Part shown: piece after piece, positions 1-7,211 of the stretch | Position numbering within the stretch: the stretch's first letter is position 1 | Layout: each line of letters begins with the position of its first letter | Assembly (NCBI GenBank): GCA_964359785.1 | Contig: CAYHWL010000004.1 | Coordinates: 1 to 44,767, forward strand | DNA length: 44,767 nucleotides | Direction: 5' to 3' | Source of the DNA: an uncultured Methanosarcinales archaeon | GTDB taxonomy: Archaea; Nanobdellota; Nanobdellia; Woesearchaeales; JAGWAF01 | Notes under the pieces: model-generated | Told to the model about the DNA's origin: nothing | Seen by the model: the letters and a program-made list of their open reading frames with translations, nothing else | Databases searched by the model: none | Program-made: the position numbers and the translations under genes

Positions 1-295
1 GATCATATAAGGCAGTGGAGCCAGATGGAATCATCACATCTGTCCCATATTTCTTCGAAAAAAACTCATGTGAGGACCCTGGATTTTTCCCCAGATTCCC
101 TTTCTTGGCAAAATATGAGTCTGCGGCATTGATATCTTTCATCCCCTTGACATTCGCAGGATCCTTGAAAAACTCATCAGCGGCGGCAGGATTTGTCTTC
201 ATCATATTGTCGACGTTCTCTTTCTTTGAGAAATAGACTTTTGCGGCTTCAGGGCTGGCCTTCACATTCACAGTTTGACCGAAATATTTGTCATC
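1..295. repeat. Near-identical coding block shared with 2694..2988
   Basis: gatcatataaggcagtggagccagatggaatc... aligns without gaps to gatcatatgaggcggtggagccagagggaatc... starting at 2694. Confidence 0.9.
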
Positions 296-487
296 ATATT
301 TCGAATTGGTTCCGACTACATTAGGGTACGAGTAATATTTCTGCATACTTTTCATGCACCCTTCCTTGTCACCCATGCATTTATCGAAGTTCTCTACATT
401 TTTTGGGTCAAAGACAATCTCTTCGATGGCAAAACCAACTATGCTAGACAGCAACAACACTAAAACAAGCGTTATGAAGCTCCTCAT
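1..487 (-). CDS. Secreted protein, paralog of 1225..3186 (N-terminal part only; runs off the window edge)
   Basis: Not in the ORF track; translated by hand from ATG at 487: MRSFITLVLVLLLSSIVGFAIEEIVFDPKNVENFDKCMGDKEGCMKSM...DDKYFGQTVNVKASPEAAKVYF..., open to the window edge. Sec-type signal peptide; ATGA overlap with the 484..1182 stop; 87/98 aa identical to the 653-aa protein over the shared block. Confidence 0.9.
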   Translation of the reverse strand, partial: MRSFITLVLVLLLSSIVGFAIEEIVFDPKNVENFDKCMGDKEGCMKSMQKYYSYPNVVGTNSKYDDKYFGQTVNVKASPEAAKVYFSKKENVDNMMKTNPAAADEFFKDPANVKGMKDINAADSYFAKKGNLGKNPGSSHEFFSKKYGTDVMIPSGSTALYD

Positions 488-1182
488 TGCGGCACCTCGA
501 CTGCAAACGCATAATTGCTGTTCATGTCGCTTTCATTGTAAAGCCTAACATCATAGAGGTTCCCTTCCATTTCTCCGAGGTTATACTTCATGGGAAGCAG
601 GTTCATCTGGGTGACATTCAAATAATCGGGATCCACAAGGAATGCGCCCACAGTCAATCTAGCCGAATCAAGATATTCCTGCAAAGTATAGTCAATTTGA
701 GGCGCGAAATTGAAGACTTTCCGCATTTTGCCAGAGGATGTTACAGTTAATGGGTAATAAGTATAGAATGTTATCCTGCCATCACTATAAGACAGATTAG
801 CGGTCGGCGCGGATGCTGTGATCTCATAATCAAATGGCAGTTCACTCGAACAATATACCGCGTCAGCCAAATAGTCTTCTCGGATCATCTCAAGCGCGGC
901 ATCAAGAGTGGGAACATCCCCCTCACCCCTAAAGATAGCGCGTGGCACATCCTTAATATAAACTGTCGATTCGGTCAATATATCCCCAGTCAACGCAAGA
1001 TGGTCCACAGATGCCTGTGCGCTTTGAGTCAAGCAATCCCGCATATAGTTCACAGCATCATCAAACATCGCTTCTTGCGGCGCGACAATGGGCGCACCAG
1101 TAGGTCTTTGCATCAACATCGACACGACTATCAACGCCAATACTCCTATCACAAGATACAGCGTTATTTGACCTTTTTGCAT
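484..1182 (-). CDS. Class III signal peptide (pilin-like) protein, cassette 3
   Basis: MQKGQ/ITLYLVIGVLALIVV prepilin-type N-terminus; paralog of 3186..3881 (shared APQEAMFDD motif, conserved Cys pair). Confidence 0.85.
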   Translation of the reverse strand: MQKGQITLYLVIGVLALIVVSMLMQRPTGAPIVAPQEAMFDDAVNYMRDCLTQSAQASVDHLALTGDILTESTVYIKDVPRAIFRGEGDVPTLDAALEMIREDYLADAVYCSSELPFDYEITASAPTANLSYSDGRITFYTYYPLTVTSSGKMRKVFNFAPQIDYTLQEYLDSARLTVGAFLVDPDYLNVTQMNLLPMKYNLGEMEGNLYDVRLYNESDMNSNYAFAVEVPQ

Positions 1183-1205
1183 GTAAGAACAACCAAGATT
1201 CCAGA

Positions 1206-1213
1206 TATATAAA
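1206..1213 (-). promoter_or_regulatory. Archaeal TATA box for cassette 3 (leaderless)
   Basis: TTTATATA beginning 31 nt upstream of the ATG at 1182. Confidence 0.6.
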
Positions 1214-1224
1214 TCCGTATGGGT

Positions 1225-3186
1225 CTAGTATCCTCTTGAGTTGACTTTTCTCATGAATTCTATTGGATTAACACTATAACTGCTAGGCAACCTCTGCCCT
1301 TGTTCAGCCTTCACGCCAGGTTTTATCTCGAGGTGTAGGTGAGGATCATTGTTTGGCCCCTCAACGCCGTATCCTACCGGTTCGCCGTTAGCTCGACCTC
1401 CTGTCCTTCCAGAATATGCAACAGTTTCTCCTTCAGAATAAGTGTATCCCATATCTTGGACAGGCATCTCGCGTAAGTGACTATATCTTACAGTCACTCC
1501 GGTTTTCATGCCATCTTCTGTCGGATACTGCATATTTGGATAATATACCTCTGCCACAAATCCATGTACTGACTGCCATCCCTTATATGTCATGACCCCA
1601 TCGCCCCAACCAGGCATTGTAGACACCGGCGTTCCTTTAGGCACCCCAAAATCATACCCTCTATGACCGCCACTGACACGACTTGCACCCCACCCGCTTT
1701 GCCACTCACCCATCCCAGTAGGCCAAGATCCTAACTCTCCCTGCGTTCCAGTAGGTAAACTTTTCTTCTGATAGATTGATCCAGTCTGGAATCCGGTCAA
1801 AGTCCCCCTGTCTTGTGATAGTTCTTGAATATCTGCTGTCTTCTTACTCAATGAGTCTATAGTCGCCTTATCAAGCAGACCAGTAGGAGATAACCCTGCC
1901 GATGACTGGAACGTTTTTAACGCTTCGTCGGTCCGTGGACCGAACTTTCCAGTGTCGGTCTCTAGGACATTTCCGTTTGCGTCCTTGACACCCAATTGGT
2001 TGAGTGCTTTCTGAAGGTTAGTGACTTCAGCGCCTCTCATCATATTGCCCTTTGTGTACTTTAGTCCTTCCTTCACTCCAAGATTGGGATTTGGGTTCAG
2101 GTCAACACGGTCAACCGACGCCCCGTCGTTCAAACCCGGCATTGAACTTTCGACACCTAGATGGTATCCTACACCCTTGCTAAAAGCAGGATCCGCTTTC
2201 CATGCTTGGATGGTCGCATCATCAAGAGGAGCATATTCTATTGACCCTTCTGATACAACAGCACGCAATGGGCCGTTAGTAATTACAGCTTCCGCGTATC
2301 TATTCGCAAGGACTCCGCCTTTTGTGACTGATATTGCAGCGTTCTTCATACCCGTCACTTTTGTTTCATCAAAATAAGTGTCCAAAGACTTATCTGCCTT
2401 GACGCTCCATTCTGGGACCGTCTTTCCCATTACATTTTTCATTTCTGCGCTAGAAAGGGTGGTGCCCGACTCAAGGTGACTCTTTCTAGGGTTGAACTCA
2501 TTGCCCTTGCCTTCCGCATCAGATATCATATCATCCATCCGTACTCTGCCATCAGGCATGTGTGATATCTTAGTAAACTCAGAATATTTATTTCCGCTGA
2601 TATCATATCCGCCATCTTTCAAAGGGGATATCCTCTCTCCCTTGAAGGTAGACAGATCAAGTGCTCCTTTATTGATGAGTGAGTTTGTCTTTGGATCATA
2701 TGAGGCGGTGGAGCCAGAGGGAATCGTCACATCTGTCCCATACTTCTTCGAAAAATACTCATGTGAGGATTCTGGATTCTTCCCAAGATTTCCTTTCTTG
2801 GCAAAATATGAATCGGCGGCATTTATATCCTCCATCCCCTTGACATTCACAGGATCCTTGAAGAACTCATCTGCGGCGGCCGGATTGGTTTTCATCATTT
2901 TGTCGACATTCTCTTTTTTTCCGAAATAGGCCTTCGCGGCCTCAAGGCTGGCCTTCACATTTACAGTCTGCGCAAAATATTTATCATCCAATTTAGGCTT
3001 GAGCCCTACAGACTGTTTTCCGGTGGAATACCAGTTACGCATACCCTCCAGACAACTAGATGATTTCATGCAATCATCAAAATTTTCTGATTTATCTGGA
3101 TTGAAAACCACAGATTCAGCGGCGGATCCAGCCAGGCTACAGATAATAAGGATCAATACAGCCAGGGTAAGAGACGCTCGTTTCAT
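1225..3186 (-). CDS. Secreted peptidoglycan hydrolase: signal peptide, conserved N-domain, PG_binding_1 domain, C-terminal M23 metallopeptidase
   Basis: MKRASLTLAVLILIICSLAGSAA signal. RGAEVTNLQKALNQLG...TGKFGPRTDEALKTFQSSAGLSPTGLLDKATIDSL is a three-helix PG-binding domain (~1850-2050). HRGYDFGVPKGTPV (HxxxD), RYSHL, SGRTG and PHLHLEI (HxH) are M23 motifs (~1260-1700). Confidence 0.92.
   Translation of the reverse strand: MKRASLTLAVLILIICSLAGSAAESVVFNPDKSENFDDCMKSSSCLEGMRNWYSTGKQSVGLKPKLDDKYFAQTVNVKASLEAAKAYFGKKENVDKMMKTNPAAADEFFKDPVNVKGMEDINAADSYFAKKGNLGKNPESSHEYFSKKYGTDVTIPSGSTASYDPKTNSLINKGALDLSTFKGERISPLKDGGYDISGNKYSEFTKISHMPDGRVRMDDMISDAEGKGNEFNPRKSHLESGTTLSSAEMKNVMGKTVPEWSVKADKSLDTYFDETKVTGMKNAAISVTKGGVLANRYAEAVITNGPLRAVVSEGSIEYAPLDDATIQAWKADPAFSKGVGYHLGVESSMPGLNDGASVDRVDLNPNPNLGVKEGLKYTKGNMMRGAEVTNLQKALNQLGVKDANGNVLETDTGKFGPRTDEALKTFQSSAGLSPTGLLDKATIDSLSKKTADIQELSQDRGTLTGFQTGSIYQKKSLPTGTQGELGSWPTGMGEWQSGWGASRVSGGHRGYDFGVPKGTPVSTMPGWGDGVMTYKGWQSVHGFVAEVYYPNMQYPTEDGMKTGVTVRYSHLREMPVQDMGYTYSEGETVAYSGRTGGRANGEPVGYGVEGPNNDPHLHLEIKPGVKAEQGQRLPSSYSVNPIEFMRKVNSRGY
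2694..2988. repeat. Second copy of the block at 1..295
   Basis: Ungapped alignment to 1..295; many differences are synonymous. Confidence 0.9.
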
Positions 3187-3881
3187 TACGGCACCTCTAC
3201 TACAAAAGAATAACTTGACAAAGTATTACTGCCATTGAATACCGAGACATCATATCTCCCATTTTCCTGGTGGCCTAAAGTATATCGATTCCCGATACGA
3301 TTCAATGCGCTGATATTGATATATGGGGGATTCATGGTTATAGCTTTCACCGCTTCCTTTCCAGATTCTAGATAGTGATCCAATTGATACTGAACTTGGG
3401 AAGCAAAACCGAATACCTTGCGTGTTCTCCCAGCAGCTGAAATTTGCATTGGTGAGAAAGTGTAAAACGTCAATTTTCCGTCGCCATACGTGATATTAGC
3501 TTGAAGAGAAGAGGCCTTAATGTCATAATTGAAAGGTAGATCCATATAACATACCTCAATCTGGTTTAGGAACTCCTCACGGATCATACGCAATGCTAAG
3601 TCCATCGATGGCACATCATTTTCTGACTTGAAGACTGCCCGGGTCATCCCTTCTAATCGTTCCAATTCCACGTTTCTTAAATCTCCACTCAAAGCAAAAT
3701 TGCTCACAGTATCCGTTGCTGCTGTGTCCAGACAGTCCTGGACATAACTTCTCACATCATCAAACATCGCCTCTTGCGGCGCGATAGTGGGCGCTGGAGC
3801 GGATTTCTGCATCAGAAAGTATCCTACGACCAAGACCAGCACTCCCACAACGATATACAAAGTGATCTGCCCCTTTTGCAT
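3186..3881 (-). CDS. Class III signal peptide (pilin-like) protein, cassette 2
   Basis: MQKGQ/ITLYIVVGVLVLVV; TAATG overlap with the downstream hydrolase; paralog of 484..1182. Confidence 0.85.
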   Translation of the reverse strand: MQKGQITLYIVVGVLVLVVGYFLMQKSAPAPTIAPQEAMFDDVRSYVQDCLDTAATDTVSNFALSGDLRNVELERLEGMTRAVFKSENDVPSMDLALRMIREEFLNQIEVCYMDLPFNYDIKASSLQANITYGDGKLTFYTFSPMQISAAGRTRKVFGFASQVQYQLDHYLESGKEAVKAITMNPPYINISALNRIGNRYTLGHQENGRYDVSVFNGSNTLSSYSFVVEVP

Positions 3882-3902
3882 AAATTATCTTACACTTTTT
3901 CC

Positions 3903-3910
3903 TATTTAAA
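3903..3910 (-). promoter_or_regulatory. Archaeal TATA box for cassette 2 (leaderless)
   Basis: TTTAAATA beginning 29 nt upstream of the ATG at 3881. Confidence 0.6.
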
Positions 3911-3970
3911 CCCATACTGAGAACCTCTCTGCAATATACTACTACTATCTAGTGGTAAAGAATCCATACA

Positions 3971-3978
3971 TTTATATA
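3971..3978 (+). promoter_or_regulatory. Archaeal TATA box for 4001..4627
   Basis: TTTATATA beginning 30 nt upstream of the ATG at 4001. Confidence 0.6.
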
Positions 3979-4000
3979 CTAGCTCGTCTATACACGGGTC

Positions 4001-4627
4001 ATGGCAATCACAAAACAAGGGGCATTCATAGGCTTGGCGGCATTGCTTCTAAACACAGCAACATACGCGCAAAACCCTTCGCAAACCACTCCCACAACCC
4101 ATGTACAAGAAGTCCACTCATTAGATTCTGATGTTGAGAGAGTCATCCAAAAACTAAGCGTTCATGGCGAAACGTCAAAAGACCCTTCCCAAAAAGTGAT
4201 ACATATAGTCTTGACTCCTTACATAGTCTCCCCAGATAACAGTGAGACCGTCAAATTATATTCCTGCCCAGGTTATGCGATTCGAAAGGACGTAAGAGAT
4301 CATGAAGGCGAGATCAGCTATGTCCTCAAAAAAGCAGGGCATAAAGGACTAAGTGTCAAAGTCGATGATGAAAACATCGCAATAAATGGTAAGCCTTACA
4401 AATACCCATTAGGAAGATTCAACAAGATCGCAAAGCAGATCAGAGAAGATTTCGCTCAGGGTATAATAAAGCCAGAATATGATGGTATTTCAACAAAGGT
4501 GGAAAAAAAAGAGGGTTGGAGAACTGTGGTCGATCAATATGATGATCCTCCAAAGGGCGACCCATATATTGTGACCCTGACTACCCCAGATAAGAGGCAT
4601 TCATTCAGATTTGGTCTGCAGGAATGA
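4001..4627 (+). CDS. Secreted hypothetical protein
   Basis: 208-aa ORF; signal peptide ending ATYA/Q, followed by a Thr/Pro-rich linker; has its own TATA box. Confidence 0.75.
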   Translation: MAITKQGAFIGLAALLLNTATYAQNPSQTTPTTHVQEVHSLDSDVERVIQKLSVHGETSKDPSQKVIHIVLTPYIVSPDNSETVKLYSCPGYAIRKDVRDHEGEISYVLKKAGHKGLSVKVDDENIAINGKPYKYPLGRFNKIAKQIREDFAQGIIKPEYDGISTKVEKKEGWRTVVDQYDDPPKGDPYIVTLTTPDKRHSFRFGLQE

Positions 4628-6451
4628 TTACACCTTTAGCGTGCTGAATTTAGGTATCACTCTCTTGTCATTCGGGATATACATCTTAAATGTTTGTTTA
4701 GCCTCTCCACCCCAATAGTTCTTGATCGTATTGACATAAGTCTTAGCTCCTGCTCCGCCATAGATATCAGCCCACTCATTTTTACTAGTGTCTGATCTAT
4801 CAGCAACGTATCCCTTTGGCCCTGATCCACTATCTGTGAGTCCGTACCAACCGTTTTTCTCGGGTCGATCGTTATACTCCATATACACATGGGTTATCCC
4901 TTGACTCTTTAGATCAGCAAATAAGGTTTCATGGACTGCGATGCTCCCAAACAAAGGGGCTTGCCCAGAGGCCGTCTGTCCAACCCAATATTTACGTTCC
5001 GCAGCAAGATTCACATCAGTGCCTTCTTTTGAAGGTGAGAACCCGTATTTTTTCGATTCGGCAGCATAATTTGCCGGATCATTTTTGACAATGGCCCCAA
5101 AAAAGGTGCCTGTCCCTTCCCGCACTTCGAATTTGCTCAAATCAGTCGGAGGATTTACCTTGCGTTCTTCAGGCAGCCTAAACTCCCCAAATGCGCCATT
5201 TATCACTTCTTCACTGACCCCTTTTCTTCGCAATTGATTGATTACCGTTTGATATCGCTGTTGTCCTGGAGAGGTGTAATCTAAACTTGATGCTGCACTC
5301 TGCGCCTCCCTCACTCCCACACTCGCCTGCCTTACCGTCTGCCCTGCCACGTCCTTCACCGTCTCCGTGACTCCAGTAGGCATCGTCTCATAGGTCATAT
5401 CCCCCTTCGCAAGAAGTGGGATATCACCGTTTTGTATCGCAGCTAGCAGTTTCTGGTTTTGCTGTGAATATCCTTTGTATCCTTCGCCAAAGTACTGTTT
5501 GTACAATGCCTCACGCGCGGCGTAGTTCTTACTGCCTTCACCATAGCCATTGTCTTTGAACAATTGTGATATGCTCTGGTATTTCTTGGCAGAAGCCAAA
5601 TCCACAGTGCTCTGTAGTGCGACAGCACTTCCTTTGTAGGTATAAGACACCAGAGGAGCAGTTCCTTTAGCCCCTCGTATCATTGCGACTTTGCCGTCTG
5701 TGAACATATAGTATCCATCGACTGCGACCTTGCCGCCGGCGTTAGAAAGATAGACTTTCTCTCCGATAAAGGCTTTATTCCCTTTGGATGAGTCATAATC
5801 AGCTTTGTCCATATAAAGTGTCAAAGACTCTTTCAAAGGTGTAAGCGTATGTTTGTTGTATCCAATGGATGATCCGCCTTTTTCATCCGCGGGCATACTG
5901 ATCGAATACGCTTTCCCCGCGCGATAATCAAGCAGTGCGGCCTTGGTTCCTGACGTCTTGATATCAAATGTCTTTCCACCAGCCACAATAGTCCCGGAGC
6001 CTATCAGACTATACCCTTCAGATGTCTTGCGCACGTCCAACTTACCACTCGTGCGAACCTCGACACCATCAAGCAATAATCCCTTGTCAGTCGCCTGTAT
6101 CTTTTCCACTCCAGACGCTTTGATCTCGCTATTGGCAAAACTGAACTTGAATTGTCCATCGGCAAGCATAGTGACTCCAGTCAAACCGGATAATCGTTGC
6201 AAAGTGGACAAGTCCAATTTGGCTCCTTTCGGGTGCACAAGCATGCCATTCTCTAATTTGGCTCCTCCAACCAGATCCATTTTAGCTCCGACCCCAAACT
6301 TGGCCTTGGCATAATCCTGGAATAATTTAGGATCTTTGTTGAGGTCATCTTTAATCTTCTCTACTTTGAGTTCAAGCTGTTGTACATCTTCAGCAGCATA
6401 GGCTATGGAGCAGAGCAGCAATATCACAAGCAAGATAGTCACTTTCTTCAT
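4628..6451 (-). CDS. Secreted protein with DUF3597-like cell-wall-binding motif and C-terminal 3D/DPBB-like (lytic transglycosylase-type) domain
   Basis: Start moved to MKKVTILLVILLLCSIAYA at 6451 (GAGGTGA SD, ATGA overlap). SISQLFKDNG...YAAREALYKQYFGEGYKGYSQQNQKLL resembles the S-I-x-D-Y-L...YxGxxxQNxxLL endolysin motif. GTGTFFG...GQTASG...GSIAVH...LTDSGSGPKG...WADIYGG follows the 3D-domain motif order. Confidence 0.75.
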   Translation of the reverse strand: MKKVTILLVILLLCSIAYAAEDVQQLELKVEKIKDDLNKDPKLFQDYAKAKFGVGAKMDLVGGAKLENGMLVHPKGAKLDLSTLQRLSGLTGVTMLADGQFKFSFANSEIKASGVEKIQATDKGLLLDGVEVRTSGKLDVRKTSEGYSLIGSGTIVAGGKTFDIKTSGTKAALLDYRAGKAYSISMPADEKGGSSIGYNKHTLTPLKESLTLYMDKADYDSSKGNKAFIGEKVYLSNAGGKVAVDGYYMFTDGKVAMIRGAKGTAPLVSYTYKGSAVALQSTVDLASAKKYQSISQLFKDNGYGEGSKNYAAREALYKQYFGEGYKGYSQQNQKLLAAIQNGDIPLLAKGDMTYETMPTGVTETVKDVAGQTVRQASVGVREAQSAASSLDYTSPGQQRYQTVINQLRRKGVSEEVINGAFGEFRLPEERKVNPPTDLSKFEVREGTGTFFGAIVKNDPANYAAESKKYGFSPSKEGTDVNLAAERKYWVGQTASGQAPLFGSIAVHETLFADLKSQGITHVYMEYNDRPEKNGWYGLTDSGSGPKGYVADRSDTSKNEWADIYGGAGAKTYVNTIKNYWGGEAKQTFKMYIPNDKRVIPKFSTLKV

Positions 6452-7173
6452 GGGGTCACCTCTAGGTAGACAAGCGCAGCCCTCCAATTCCACGGATTGC
6501 CCGCGACAGAACTGGAAGGGTCTGTGATATTGATTAGATAGATTTCGCCAGGATATCTGATAAGATCATAATGGAGATGACTGCTGATCAAAGAAGTTAT
6601 AGGTATGATAGTCAAATCATCTCGCGCCTCCTCAAGATATTCTTGCAGTGCGCTGTATGCCAATGGAAGATTCAAGTCCACTATCCCTGCCCCACCAGTG
6701 ATATAACTTGTCTTCGCCCCTATTACCAGCTTGAATTGTTGGGTGGGCATCATAGTGACAGTATCGCCTAACATAACCCGAAAAGGGATATCCGATTCCC
6801 ACGTGATAGAGTAATCTGTTTCTGCTCCATTCAAGCATTTCTGGAAGGGCACCACCGCATAAGATGCGATTTGATTCGAGTAATCCTCCAGTGAAGGCAA
6901 TCGGATCTCACCCTCTCTCATCATGACAGCGGCCCCGTCATCGTCTAGGTACTCGATATCAGCACTGTCGGCATCCCCCATGAGCCCGACAGTCACAAGC
7001 GACTCCGAAAGCGCGCTTTGTGTACACTCACCGACTAAGGCGATAGCGCCCGCTCGAGAGGAATCCACCGGAGTGATCACCGGCGCAGGTCTTGATTTAT
7101 AGGAGATAAAGGCAAAGACCACTAACGCCGCGACAGCTAGTATCAGGAATAGAGTTATCTGTCCTTTTCGCAT
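6448..7173 (-). CDS. Class III signal peptide (pilin-like) protein, cassette 1
   Basis: MRKGQ/ITLFLILAVAALVVF; similar length, Cys pair and C-terminal EV to the other two paralogs, but more diverged. Confidence 0.85.
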   Translation of the reverse strand: MRKGQITLFLILAVAALVVFAFISYKSRPAPVITPVDSSRAGAIALVGECTQSALSESLVTVGLMGDADSADIEYLDDDGAAVMMREGEIRLPSLEDYSNQIASYAVVPFQKCLNGAETDYSITWESDIPFRVMLGDTVTMMPTQQFKLVIGAKTSYITGGAGIVDLNLPLAYSALQEYLEEARDDLTIIPITSLISSHLHYDLIRYPGEIYLINITDPSSSVAGNPWNWRAALVYLEVTP

Positions 7174-7195
7174 GGAGAAAATCTTGTTTTGCCCA

Positions 7196-7203
7196 TTTAT
7201 TAA
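7196..7203 (-). promoter_or_regulatory. Archaeal TATA box for cassette 1 (leaderless)
   Basis: TTAATAAA beginning 30 nt upstream of the ATG at 7173. Confidence 0.5.
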
Positions 7204-7211
7204 GTATATAG

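Noticed and set aside
15-236. Plus-strand ORFs 15..236 and 2492..2929 that resemble each other
   Set aside because: Antisense shadows of the duplicated minus-strand effector block.
6452-6493. Longer start for the 621-aa ORF
   Set aside because: Overlaps the upstream gene; the signal peptide, SD and ATGA overlap all point to 6451.
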